Position numbers and translations under genes: made by a program. A stretch of 64,000 nt of DNA from Octopus vulgaris (Eukaryota), in assembly GCA_951406725.2 (NCBI GenBank), contig OX597824.1:85002001-85066000 (forward strand), written 5' to 3'. Under the pieces are notes generated by a model. That model had not been told where the DNA came from and ran no database searches. It worked only from the letters and a program-made list of their open reading frames with translations. Position 1 is the first letter of the stretch, and the number at the start of each line of letters is the position of its first letter. Below, in pieces: positions 39,101 to 50,684 of this stretch.

Positions 39101-40256
39101 AATTACTTAAGAAAAAAATGAGAAAAAGTAAACTACAATTATCTCCCTTGATATTTATAATGCGTCTTTTCCCTTTGTTCAGTTATGTCCCATGTTATTA
39201 TGCTAGAGTTCTCTCCCTTCATAATCATTTCCATCAGGGTTTTGAAAACTTTTGAGTGAACGTGGGTGGACACTTGTATGTTGTCCTTTGAATTGCTAAA
39301 AACTGACCAAATCAATATGGAATGTCGTACATCCACATTTCTTTTCTCTCTCTTTATTTTTCAAAATAATTTCTTAGGATTTCTATATTTTCAACAACGG
39401 AGATTTCGATTGTGCAAAAAGGAAAATATTTGAATTCCACCTCACGTCTAATTTTTGTTATTCTTTATCCTTTACTAGTTTCATTTCAAGAGCTGTGGCC
39501 ATGCTGAGGCACCGCTATTATTTTTGACCTTTTTCGAATGGTGGTGGGGAGATTCCACATTGATAAATACCTTGTTTACCAACCACATGGTTCCGGGTTC
39601 ATTCCCACTGCGTGACACCTTGAGCAAGTGTCTTCTACTATAGCCTCGGGCCGACCAAAGCCTTGTGAGTGGATTTGCCCGTCGTATATATGTGTGTGTG
39701 TGTCTGTGTGTGTGTATGTTTGTGTGTCTGTGTTTGTATCCCTCAACATCGCTTGACAACCGATGCTGGTGAGTTTATGTTCCCGTACCTTAGTGGTTCT
39801 GCAAAAGAGACTGACAGAATAAGTACTAGGCTTACAAAGAATAAGTCCTGGGGTCGATTTGCTCGACTAAACGTGGTGCTCCAGCATGGCTACAGTCAGA
39901 TGACTGAAACAAGTAAAAGAGTAAAAGAGTAGATTAAGGCTAAACCCTCACTCTAAACCTAAATAATGAGTTGCATTCAACAGATATCAACTGTGCCAAA
40001 CATTTTAACCTTTTATTATGCAGGTTATATATATTTTGTTATTTTTTTTATCAATCAGTATTTTCTTATTTAATTAATTTAATGTGCTAGTAAGAATGAT
40101 GTCTCTAACGAGATTCACTCTAAGAAGTTTTTAAAATGTTGTAGTGGATTTTTATTATTTTGCAGGTCAGGCTGGAAGAAAGACTGGGTTGGAAATTGGA
40201 TTAAAGATGAAGATGCCGAGTTTGATTCTGACGAAGAACCTCCAGATTTACCTTAA
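20954..40256 (+). CDS. SCNM1: Sodium channel modifier 1 (U12 minor-spliceosome zinc-finger protein); spliced CDS join(20954..21004,22496..22566,26913..27001,30779..30879,32242..32768,40166..40256), 309 aa
   Basis: Six GT-AG exons join in frame (930 nt): MSFKRDGNDYNLLNSQRRSRVNELLAENIPDEEAQILSNGKLSCTVCHYRPVFDTLNILQCHRQGRKHLE...KYWQLSGSGWKKDWVGNWIKDEDAEFDSDEEPPDLP*. The N-terminal MSFKR.G.D, the C-x2-C...RPV.DTL...H-x5-H zinc finger and the acidic C-terminal GW...W.KDE..EFDSDEE.PPDLP match SCNM1 as recalled. Confidence 0.95.
21690..21988 (-). mobile_element. tRNA-derived SINE family C
   Basis: Head GGAGGCGCA.TGGCCCAGTGGTTAG.GCAGCGGACT...TTCGATTCC, body GATGGACTGGCGTCCCGTCCAG. Confidence 0.85.
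22496..22566 (+). CDS. SCNM1: SCNM1 coding exon 2 (RSRVNELLAENIPDEEAQILSNG)
   Basis: Acceptor cttcttttttgacag|, donor AA|gtaagt; 71 nt, phase 0 to 2. Confidence 0.92.
23271..23662 (-). mobile_element. SINE family A (SCNM1 intron 2)
   Basis: Full-length family match. Confidence 0.85.
24400..25417 (+). mobile_element. Two family D copies (24400-24817, 25009-25417); the second has a ~62-bp internal tandem repeat
   Basis: Same (GAT)n-tailed 3' end; separated by one copy of a ~190-bp direct repeat. Confidence 0.8.
26545..26852 (-). mobile_element. SINE family C variant
   Basis: tRNA-like head; matches 50685-50955. Confidence 0.8.
26913..27001 (+). CDS. SCNM1: SCNM1 coding exon 3 (zinc finger LSCTVCHYRPVFDTLNILQCHRQGRKHLE)
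   Basis: Acceptor tttctatttcag|, donor A|gtaaga; 89 nt, phase 2 to 1. Confidence 0.93.
28139..28837. mobile_element. Foldback/MITE with ~240-bp inverted arms and a telomere-like (CCCTAA)n core
   Basis: Arms ~28178-28418 and ~28598-28837 are reverse complements; core 28419-28585 of CCCTAA/CCCTAAAA/CCCTAACA units. Confidence 0.85.
29517..29720 (-). mobile_element. piggyBac-type MITE (other end intact)
   Basis: TTAA|CCCTTTCGTTAC terminus; homologous to 13088-13297 in opposite orientation. Confidence 0.6.
29955..30395 (+). mobile_element. SINE family A (SCNM1 intron 3)
   Basis: Full-length family match. Confidence 0.85.
30779..30879 (+). CDS. SCNM1: SCNM1 coding exon 4 (NAERNKMKKKELKELVLKHQQKQCLKTGATDGSV)
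   Basis: Acceptor ctgtttttttcctaacag|, donor GTG|gtaagt; 101 nt, phase 1 to 0 fits both neighbours. Confidence 0.88.
31330..31800 (+). mobile_element. Decayed RTE-like LINE 3' fragment
   Basis: GHLVWMNDQRITKQMLYGKL resembles the RTE C-terminal GHLVRM.D.R.PKQ.LYG.L motif. Confidence 0.6.
32242..32768 (+). CDS. SCNM1: SCNM1 coding exon 5 (low-complexity linker VPSKLQLRPY...EKYWQLSG)
   Basis: Lies in ORF 32221..32772; acceptor ctgttgcag|, donor GG|gtaaat; 527 nt, phase 0 to 2. Confidence 0.88.
33531..34781 (-). mobile_element. Decayed mariner transposon in SCNM1 intron 5
   Basis: Minus-strand FVPK...QK, CDETWVYCYDPEAKRQRAQW, HQDN and PHPPYSPDLVPYD motifs with stops and frameshifts; degenerate TIRs (gg.tgcatt.caga) bounded by TA; ~1.25 kb. 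Confidence 0.9.
34889..35256 (+). mobile_element. SINE family B, tandem with two tail types
   Basis: ...AAGAAATA tail, then a copy ending CCCCAAAATTTCGGGCCT.GTGCCT. Confidence 0.85.
35693..36350. repeat. 21-bp minisatellite (GAATTCGTCCCTTTCTCGAAT)n, ~30 units
   Basis: Direct tandem array; produces the artefactual EKGTNSF-repeat ORF. Confidence 0.95.
36645..37011 (-). mobile_element. Chimeric SINE (family C head, family E-type tail)
   Basis: Head as 21690/56524; tail as 15540-15720. Confidence 0.7.
37040..38240 (-). mobile_element. IS630/Tc1-like transposase remnant interrupted by a SINE (37463-37870)
   Basis: HTH-like PTLTLKKMKEFLQEKFDLTVSLSTIDRYL...YTLK, then VFIMDNA and VEEMFNKLKSFVK DDE-like segments. 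Confidence 0.65.
37463..37870 (+). mobile_element. SINE family A, inserted in the Tc1-like remnant
   Basis: Full-length family match. Confidence 0.85.
38701..39096 (+). mobile_element. SINE family B, tandem with two tail types
   Basis: Same layout as 34889. Confidence 0.85.
39570..39931 (+). mobile_element. SINE family A
   Basis: Near full-length family match. Confidence 0.8.
40166..40256 (+). CDS. SCNM1: SCNM1 last coding exon (SGWKKDWVGNWIKDEDAEFDSDEEPPDLP*)
   Basis: Acceptor tttattattttgcag|; acidic C-terminal motif; TAA at 40254-40256. Confidence 0.93.
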
Positions 40257-40260
40257 CATT

Positions 40261-40266
40261 AATAAA
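40261..40266 (+). promoter_or_regulatory. Candidate polyadenylation signal of SCNM1
   Basis: AATAAA 4 nt after the stop codon; the region is AT-rich, so a chance match is possible. Confidence 0.4.
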
Positions 40267-40460
40267 ATAAATATATTTTCTTAAAAAAAAACAACAAATT
40301 GTTAGCAAAATGTTTGATTGCATAACATTGATATCTTTTACACTTATTTGAGTTGACTGAACTGATAGGGTACCAGATGTCCAACTGCAGGGTGGGCGTT
40401 TTATATTGTATCATTGATACTGTATTACACACACACATATACACACCAAAAACATACATG

Positions 40461-40492
<32 letters not shown>

Positions 40493-40866
40493 CTAGCAGT
40501 ATCGCCCGGCGTTGCTCGGGTTTGTAAGGGAAATAACTATAAAGCATTTTTAGAGAGTTATAGCCAAAAAATGGAAAAAAAAATTATGGTAAATTTTTTT
40601 GAGAGTTAAAAAGGTCGAGTTGCGTCCCCTAGACAGTCTGTGGTTTGTGTTTCTGATTCTCGACCCCCATGTCGAATTTATCGATTTTTTTCAGAACTGG
40701 GGGAACTTTTCAAAATTTTCGCTGCGTTAGTTTTGAATTATGACATTGGGCTATGTGTGTGTCAAGTTTCATCAGAATCGGTTGAAAGCCGTGGTCAGGG
40801 TGAGGGTACAAAAAAACAGACACACAGAAACACGCACAGACAAACTGCCGTTTATATATAGAGAGA
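40493..40866 (-). mobile_element. Non-autonomous Helitron (same 3' end as 16802, different 5' part)
   Basis: A|TCTCTCTATATATAAACGG ... CCCGAGCAACGCCGGG ... CTAG|T. Confidence 0.8.
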
Positions 40867-42371
40867 TATATATATCAATCATCATCATCATCATCATCAT
40901 TTAACGTCCACTTTCCATTTTGGCATGGGTTGGATGATTTGACTGAGGCCTGGTGAGCCAGAGGTTGTACCAGGCTCATCTGGTCTGGCAAAGTTTCTAC
41001 AGCTAGATGCCCTTCCTAACGCCAACCACTCCGAGAGTGTAGTGGGTGCTTTTTATGTGCCACCGGCACAGGGTCCAGTAAGGTGGTTCTGGCAATGACC
41101 ACCCTCGCGCTCAAAAGGTGTGTTTACGTGCTACCTGCATGGGAGCCAGTCCAGCGGCACTGGCAATGACTACACTCGAATGCTTTTATCCATGTGCCAC
41201 CTATACCTTTTCTACTGTTTAACTATATCTCCTTCTGTATCAAAGACATCTCTCTCATGTCTTAAAAGTCATCTGTTCTCATTGACTTTAACACTGATAT
41301 TTCTTCTCGATGCTCACACTTATCCCCTACAGATGCCACTGGAACAGAAACCAAACCTTTTCTAGTCCTCATCTCTCTGCATCAGCTAAGTTCATCCTCT
41401 CCATGCATCCTTGATCCATGTACACAGATACACTAATTTCTGTATCACTTCCAAACCCAAACTTAATCAAACTATCACTGTCTCAGCCCCTTTCAGGTCA
41501 TCCAGATACTCCCTTATTGCATATACCCTCTATTCAGCCACACCTCAAAACAGCTGACTGGCTGGAGCTCCACTATTAATTCTATGTTAACTAACCATAG
41601 TGGTTTCACCCTTAAACTGCCAGAAACTGCAAATGAATGACTGAAACTATCCTCTTTGGTATTTCCCTCCTCATCTCTCACATACACAAAACTCACAGTC
41701 CTCCCCTCCTCTTCTCTCAAGTGGTTTACTTATAGCTGCACTGAAGTAATTCAGACAAATGATATGAACTGTGACTGGGGAAAATCACCCACCCCTGCCA
41801 ACCAGATAATTGTTACCCATCACAGTTTCTGCAAGATTATTGTCTAAACTGTGAAGGATGCAACTGTGCATTGTCCAGCCTGCAAGCTCTCCCACCTTCC
41901 AAACTATTGTTGATTCTTTTGGTCACTTGCTAAAAGAATCTTTCTGTTAATTTTGCTGAATCTTCTTTTCTTGCACTTCTCAAAAATGAAGGTTCTGTTA
42001 GCAGTAGTTTTGCAGATAAAACCTCCATACTTACTGCCCATTTTGCCTCTAACTACACTCTACACATGAAGTGAATCTTTTCTAAAACTATCCCTTTATA
42101 CTCCACCAAGCTCAACACCAAACATGCAAATGTTTAATGTACATGCTAAAAGAGAAAGCACTTCTTGTTGCTTCAAACAAATTAGGCCACCAACTCTGAC
42201 AATATTCTTTCCATTACCTCCTCAAATGCACCCTAAGGCTATTCCATATCTTCACTAAACCCATTAGTTTCCCTCTCTTCCCTAGGAACATATTTTGATC
42301 TTTAAAGACACACTGTAGTGGGAAATTTTCCTGACACTTCTGTTGTCTCACCCCACTCATTTCAAATATCT

Positions 42372-42781
42372 TATTTCTTTACTACCCACAAGGAGCTAAA
42401 CATAGAGGGGATAAACAAGGACAGACAAAGGGATTAAGTCGTTTAGATCGACTTCAATGTGTAACTGGCACTTAATTTATCGACCCCAAAAGGATGAAAG
42501 GCAAAGTCGACCTCGGCGGAATTTGAACTCAGAATGTAGCGGCAGACGAAATACCTATTTCTTTACTACTCACAAGGGGCTAAACACAGAGATGACAAAC
42601 AAGGACAGACAAACGGATTAAGTCGATTACATCGACCCCAGTGCGTAACTGGTATTTATTTAATCGACCCCGAAAGGATGAAAGGCAAAGTTGACCTCGG
42701 CAGAATTTGAATTCAGAATGTAACCGCAGACGAAATACCTCTAAGCATTTCGCCCAGTGTGCTAACGTTTCTGCCAGCTCG
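42372..42781 (-). mobile_element. SINE family B, tandem
   Basis: Two tail units. Confidence 0.85.
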
Positions 42782-42949
42782 ATGGAGACAACCATTAATA
42801 ACAATCTTCTCCATCACATTCAATCTATCTCTTTCCTTAGTGACCATCAGCACAGTATTCAGATTATACCAGAAACTTATTTTGTTATGTCAATCTTCAT
42901 TTTCTGAAACTATCCTTTTATACTCCTCCAAACTCAACGCTAAGCATGC

Positions 42950-43515
42950 AAATACTGAATGCACATGCTAAATGAGAATTTTGGAGAAAGTAGTTTTGTC
43001 TCACTCGACATCAGCAGATTTTCCAGCTGCATCTGATAAGGAATTTCCTGGCAAAACTGCCCACTTATGGGCTCCATCCATCTGTCTCTAGGATAGTTGG
43101 CTTTCTGTTGGATCACACTAATGCAGCACGTGCTGATGGCATTCTTGACCCACATTCCTTGAACCCTATGTATCCCGAGGTTCATTTTCTTCCTCCAAAC
43201 TGTTCCTTATATAAATAAATAACATATTTGCCATCACCTCGAACAACACCCACTCCTCTCGGACCTTTCACACCAAGGCATCATCCATAGCTTATGTACC
43301 TCACATCAAATCTGCACTGATTTCACGCAACAGAGATCTTGAAAACCTTTTCCAATCTGGTTATGCCAACCTTGTTTCGATCAACTGAATAAAGACACTC
43401 TCACTGTGCCTATGAGGGAAACATCATTTCCCACCCACCCTAAACACAAACGGTAAACAACCAGAACTCTCACGATCACTTCAAATACTAGATCTTATCA
43501 TCAATGAGGATATAT
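42950..43515 (+). mobile_element. Highly decayed LINE reverse-transcriptase remnant
   Basis: Broken translations (IVGFLL...ADG; DLENLFQSGYANLVSIN*IKT; LQILDLII) resemble CR1/L2/Jockey-type RT segments. Confidence 0.35.
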
Positions 43516-43517
43516 TC

Positions 43518-44405
43518 TTATTTCTTTATTGCTCACAAGGAGCTATACACAGAGGGGACAAACAAGGACAGACAAAGGGATTAAGTCGTTTAGATCGACC
43601 CAGTACGCAACTGGTACTTAATTTATCGACCCCGAAAGGATGAAAGGTAAAGTCGACCTCGGCGGAATTTGAACTCAGAACGTAACGTCAGACGAAATAC
43701 GGCTACGCATTTCGCCCGGCGTGCTAACGTTTCTGCCAGCTCGCCGCCTTCTTTAGATGTAATATGTATCACAGAGTAGCTTAAACCCTTCTTAGCAACA
43801 GCGTCAACTCTGTAAAGTTGAGAAGTTTAAAAAAAAAATTTACGTGGTGAACTTTTATAACTCAAGGAATTTTGAGTTTGGTGTAATTTGAGCCCAGAGC
43901 ATAAAACCCCGCTGAGAAAGATTAAATATAAATGACTAATAATCTGTTAAGCGCACGTGCTGACTAACCACCATCTTATACACTGATCTAACTGGTTACA
44001 TTCGCATACATACCACAAGGGGCTAAACACAGAGGAGACAAACAAGGACAGACAGACGGATTAAGTTGATTATATCGACCCCAGTGCGTAACTGGTACTT
44101 ATTTAATCGACCCCGAAAGGATGAAAGGCAAAGTTGACATCGGCGGAATTTGAACTCAGAACGTAGCGGCAGACGAAATACCTATTTCTTTACTACCCAC
44201 AAGGGGCTAAACACAGAGGGGACAGACAAACAGATTAAATCGATTATGTCGACCCCAGTGTGTAACTGGTACTTATTTAATCGACCCCGAAAGGATGAAA
44301 GGCAAAGTCGACCTCAGCGGAATTTGAACTCAGAACGTAACGGCAGACGAAATACCGCTAGGAATTTCACCTGGCGTGCTAACGTTTGTGCCAGCTCGCC
44401 GCCTT
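43518..44405 (-). mobile_element. SINE family B copies (43518-43750 single; 44013-44405 tandem)
   Basis: Family match. Confidence 0.8.
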
Positions 44406-45023
44406 ACATTCGCATATATACCACTATGTTATAAACATACAATAATCCCCCGAGAATTAAGCTGCGTAAAATATGCAAATAACTTTCAAAATAAACAAAG
44501 AAATATTAATAACAGTCTTTTCTATTATAGGCACAAGGTCTGAAATCTTGGGGAAGAAGTAATAATAATAATAATAATAATAATAATAGTATTTGAACCC
44601 ACGATCATATTGCCAATAACCCAATACTTCATATCGTAGCATGGGAGGCAGAATGGAATGACTCAGTGAAAAAAGAAAAAAAAAGTGTTTTTTTGTTGCA
44701 TATATCCGATGTCAGAAGCACTCATACTAAATAAACGTCCTAGCTTTATTTTCATATATAACATGTAAATCTTTTAGGATATTGTCATTAAATAAATATA
44801 GACATTTATTTATATGACAGAAAGTTAGCGAAGAACTTCCATCTTTCTGTTAAAACTGTATCTGTATCGAAACGTAGAAATAATACATTTTTAAATATCT
44901 CAGAGAGATTTATGCAGTAGTGGTACGATAAAGTAGTTGTATACTGTCAACATAATGTGACAGTCACATGAAGGGAATCAGTGAATTTATTTCATTAGAA
45001 TTCTTATATGTTTACAAGAGCTA

Positions 45024-45128
45024 GATAGGCATCTCCAACTAACAGGCCATGCTACTCCAGACTGATGAAGAGCAAAGACTCAGAAACTAGTCTCTGGTTG
45101 CAGGCTTAGCTGGGTGGAGGTGCTTATC
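45024..45128 (+). ncRNA. Minimal type I hammerhead ribozyme motif (Penelope/retrozyme-like) in an extended hairpin
   Basis: CCAGA-CTGATGA-A-GAG(CAAAGA)CTC-A-GAAA-CTAG-TC-TCTGG at 45057-45097; outer 14-bp helix 45024-45037/45115-45128. Confidence 0.7.
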
Positions 45129-45198
45129 TCGCCCTTGGTACTTATTCTATCGGTCTCTCTTAAAATAAGTACCAGGTCTTGTTCCTAGAGTAGAAAGG

Positions 45199-45230
<32 letters not shown>

Positions 45231-45256
45231 CATTATTATTATTATTATTATTATTA

Positions 45257-45293
<37 letters not shown>

Positions 45294-45349
45294 CATTATT
45301 ATCATTATTATTATTAATATTATTATTATTATTATTATTATCATTATTA

Positions 45350-45443
<94 letters not shown>

Positions 45444-45452
45444 TATTATTAT

Positions 45453-45772
45453 TCAGTAGTTTTATTTTTATTTTTATAGCGTGCTTTCACTTCACTACCG
45501 AGCGCAGCTCTGTGTGCCTTGGGTATGTGCTGTGATTTGTTGTGATGCTCTGATGGTTATTGTATGGAAAGTGTTCTGCGTAGGATGTGGGCAGTGCCTA
45601 GTAGTGCAATTTTCTGTATGTTATATGTGTTTGTAAGTCCTGGTGTTTTTGTTATGTATTTGTCTGAATATTTTTTTATCATGCCTAATGCACCTACTAT
45701 GATAGGAATTGTTTCTGTTTTCAGATTCCACATTCTAGTTACCTCTATTTCCAGGTCTTTGTATTTTGTTTT
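45453..45772 (-). mobile_element. 5'-truncated R4/Dong-like (RLE) non-LTR retrotransposon 3' end
   Basis: KTKYKDLEIEVTRMWNLKTETIPIIVGALG...IQKIALLGTAHILRRTL* is typical of the RLE-clade C-terminus; short 3' UTR; (TAA)n on both sides. Confidence 0.8.
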
Positions 45773-46651
<879 letters not shown>

Positions 46652-46652
<1 letters not shown>

Positions 46653-46883
46653 AGGTGGCGAGCTGGCAGAACCGTTAGCACGCCTGGCGAAATGCTTAGC
46701 GGTATTTCGTCTGCCGCTACGTTCTGAGTTCAAATTCCTCCGAGGTCTACTTTGCCTTTCATCCTTTCGGGGTCGATTAAATAAGTACCAGTTACGCACT
46801 GAAGTCGATACAATCGACTTAATCCGTTGTCTGTCTGTGTTTGTCCCCTCTGTGTTTAGCCCCTTGTGGGTAGTAAAGAAATA
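46652..46883 (+). mobile_element. SINE family B
   Basis: Full-length family match. Confidence 0.85.
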
Positions 46884-46915
46884 AGTCAGCTGTACATGAA
46901 AAAGGACAGTTTTTG

Positions 46916-47110
46916 GAAGATTATCACCTAAGATAAGTCTGCACAAAAATGTTGCCAAGACTGCTGAATCGAGATCAAAAGAAGTGTGGTATGCAGGTGT
47001 GCCAGGACATCATCAAGCGTCTTCAAACTGAACCAGACTTGCTTCGTAGAGTCACCACTGGCGAAGAGAGATGAATATTTGAGTACGACCTGGAAAGCAA
47101 GCGCCAAAGC
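46916..47110 (+). mobile_element. Mariner transposase fragment
   Basis: EDYHLR*VCTKMLPRLLNRDQKKCGMQVCQDIIKRLQTEPDLLRRVTTGEER*IFEYDLESKRQS resembles the VP(R/K)..L...QK...ITGDETW...YD.E.K.QS region. Confidence 0.8.
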
Positions 47111-47545
47111 TTTTCTTCTTTATTGCATAGCATCAACAAAGTTGAAGAATTCGTACAGCCGGGCCAGAGAGGAAGAGAGAGAGAGGGGGGAAGGAGAGAG
47201 AAAGAGGGAGGGGGAGAAAGGAAAAGTAAGAGACAGAAGGACAAGAAAGGAGAATGGGGTGGGGAGGAGAGTAAATGTAAGAAAATGTCTAAATTGCTCT
47301 CGTCCAAAAATAGCGCAAAACCCAATATTTCCTTTGACAGTCACTGACTTTTTAATGCAATCCACTTAAATTCTATGAAGCCATCATATAACACACACAT
47401 ACACACACAGGCACACACACGCATGCACACACACGCACACAGATACACATACACACGATTATACACATACTCGTACTCATACATGCATACACACACTGTT
47501 TCACACACAAGTATATACAGACAGATGTATACGCAGTTAAATGTC

Positions 47546-47584
<39 letters not shown>

Positions 47585-47662
47585 ACATATATTTGTGTAT
47601 ATGATATATATACACACATGTACATAGGCTCATATATAATGCATTCACTTTATATATATAGA

Positions 47663-47790
47663 CTAACTTAAAGTGACCCGCTCTACGCACGGGTGAGGGT
47701 GTGGTTGTTACTTTCTGTTTCTTATCGCCACATTCTCCCTCTTTGTTTCTCTCTCCTTTCTCTCACTTTCCCACTCTCTTACTCAATCGT
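47663..47790 (-). mobile_element. Helitron-like 3' end remnant
   Basis: Minus strand ACCCG(TGCGTAGAG)CGGGT hairpin followed by TTAG|T. Confidence 0.35.
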
Positions 47791-48059
47791 GATCGATAAA
47801 ATAACTTAGCGGTCCGCCAATCGTGATCGATAAAATAACTTAGCGGTTCCCCAAAAGAAATCGATAAAATAACTTGACTCAAGAGTACAAAAAGATGACT
47901 ACAGTCTGCAGAAGAAGTGTGGTACCTTCTAGCCATGTCCCCTTTCGGACAGACACTCTTTCACAGTAACCTTTGCGACTAGACTGCCAGACACAAAATA
48001 AACTGAAAGGCTAAAACCAAACGAAAATAATTTTATACATGCGTATCTCAAAGGAAATA

Positions 48060-48336
48060 TGTCATAAATAACAGTGACAATCGAAATATACACCGCCGGA
48101 AGTTGTTGAGAAACAACAGCAGTAATTATATTCACCTCAATAGACATCATTGATTGGTTGAAATTGACGAAATACGAGAAATTTAACAACAAATAGCTTA
48201 CAAACTACAGAATTTTCTCAAGAACGCCAAGAGAAAAAGATGTTTTATGTGACACATTCTACCAGTATACGAAGTTTAGAAGTGTTTAGATACAAAAAGT
48301 TATTTTTTAAATTTGCCGGTCAAAGTGAAAAGATCC
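48060..48336. mobile_element. Single arm of the 28139 foldback family
   Basis: Matches 28598-28837 and extends to ...AAGATCC, complementary to the GGATCTT left end at 28139. Confidence 0.75.
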
Positions 48337-49211
48337 CACACATGTACATATATATGTGTACACATACACACACACACACATATATATATATATTTATATA
48401 TATATACTCAAACATTAAAACAAGTATATGTATTGATGGGAAACCTCTATAAATGGCTGATGATTGCTCAACATTTTAAAACTGTTGTAATACTTACACA
48501 ATGTTTAATAAAATTATGTAGCATGAAACGATCGTACCAAATTACCGAAGATATTCTTGTTGCTTATTTTGATTATAATCGCCCCATGGAATTATATGGA
48601 TAACACCGTACAAAATTCTGGTGCATCTGATTTAAGTACCATATTCATTTGAATCTAAATTTTGCTGAACGTATTTATACACACACACACTCACACTCAC
48701 ACATATATATATATATATGTATTTATATATATGGGTACATGTGCATCTAAATTGTTTTAGATGTGAATGGACAGTTGTGCATATATTTCACTATAAATAT
48801 CAGAAGCTGATATGCCTACGTGAGTGCATTCGTTAGGATGCATGTCGGAATATGAACACACCTCCTCCATATATACTTATCAACGTTTATATATGCGTTT
48901 GCGTGTGTGTGCATATGCTTGTGTATGTGTGTGGGTACATATGCCTGTGTGTGTGTGTCTCTGTCTGAGAGCGTACGTCTGTATGGACGTATGCCAGTAT
49001 GTCTGAGCTGCTATTTATTTATGACTCGGCTCTCATGGTCAAGAGGCAGAGGCCCTTCATCACCGTTATCGCCAGAGAAACGACTTCCTTTGTTAAGTAC
49101 ACCGATTATCAATCCACTTCCTTCACCTTACAGAGCATTTCATATACTAATGACCTCGCTTCCTCCTCCTCCTCCTCCTGCTCTTTCTTTCCCCGTCTCT
49201 CCCTGTCTTCA

Positions 49212-49278
<67 letters not shown>

Positions 49279-49980
49279 TTCACGTCTCTCTCCTACATCT
49301 TTTAATATTCGTACAACCGAAGGCGGTGAGCTGGCGAAGTCATTAGCACGCCGGACAAAATGCTTAGCAGCATTTCGTGTGTACGTTCTGAGTTCAAATT
49401 CCGCCGAGGTTGACTTGCCTTTCATCCTTCAGGAGTTGATAAATTAAGTACCAGTTACGCTGGGGTCGATGTAGTCGACTTAATCCCTTTGTCTGTCTTT
49501 GTTTGTCCCCTCTGTGTTTAGCCCCTTGTGGGTAGTAAAGAAATATATACTAATGACCTCGCTTCCTCCTCCTCCTCCTGCTCTTTCTTTCCCCGTCTCT
49601 CCCTGTCTTCATTCCCCTCTCTCTCTCTCTCGTTTTCACGTCTCTCTCCTACATCTTTTAATATTCGTACAACTGAAGGCGGTGAGCTGGCAAAGTCATT
49701 AGCACGCCGGACAAAATGCTTAGCAGCATTTCGTGTGTACGTTCTGAGTTCAAATTCCGCCGAGGTTGACTTGCCTTTCATCCTTCAGGAGTTAATAAAA
49801 TAAGTACCAACTGAACACTGGGGTCGATGTAATCGACTTATTCCCGCCTTCAAAATTGCTGGCCTTGTGCCAAAATTTAAGATCAATATTCACACAGTTG
49901 CTGCTAAATTTCCTTCCGATCAATTTTTACCATTTCTTATTCATCTATTATAATTCACTTCTTATATAGGATACTTTGTG

Positions 49981-50298
49981 AAGGCGCATGGCTCAGTAGT
50001 TAGAGCGTCGAGGTTGTGAGCTCGAATCCTGGACCGGGCTGCGTGTTGTGTTCTTGAGCAAGGCACTTTATTTCACGTTGCTCCAGTTCACTCAGCTGTA
50101 GAAATGAGTTGCGATGTCACGGGTGCCAAGCTGTATCGACCTTTGTCTTTCTCTTGGATAACACTGGTGGCGTGGAGAGGAGAGGCTGGTATGCATGGGC
50201 GACTGCTGGTCTTCCATAAACAACCTTGCCCGGACTTGTGTCTAGGAGGGTAACTTTCTAGGTGCAATTCCATGGTCACTCATGACCGAAGGGGGTCT
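49981..50298 (+). mobile_element. tRNA-derived SINE family E (relatives at 13805-14035 minus, 15400-15725 plus)
   Basis: GGCGCATGGCTCAGT.GTTAGAGC head; CTTGAGCAAGGCACTTTATTTCACGTTGCTCCAGTTCACTCAGCTG central block. Confidence 0.75.
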
Positions 50299-50684
50299 TT
50301 TATATAGGATACTTTATAGGAGTATTGAATCGACCCTAGTACTTATCTGGTATATCGATCTTATTTATCACGGGTGTTTGGTTCTAAAAAAGCACCGCGT
50401 TAAACGAATCAATGATAGATGAATAATAGAACGTGCGAAAAAATAGGTTGTCCTGAGCTTTGTGGATGGTTGTTGGAACGCGCTTTTACGGTCGTAACAA
50501 AGTCTTTGACTGATTGAGACTCGTGTCAACATAGATCAATTCGTGATAAGAGTAACACGGTTCGTACCGTGTTATCCCGGAAATACGGCTATGCATTTCG
50601 CCCGGCGTGCTAACGTTTCTGCCAGCTCGCCGCCTTAAAAGACCCAACAATATTAGTAATTTACTAATATTATTTTTATTATTG

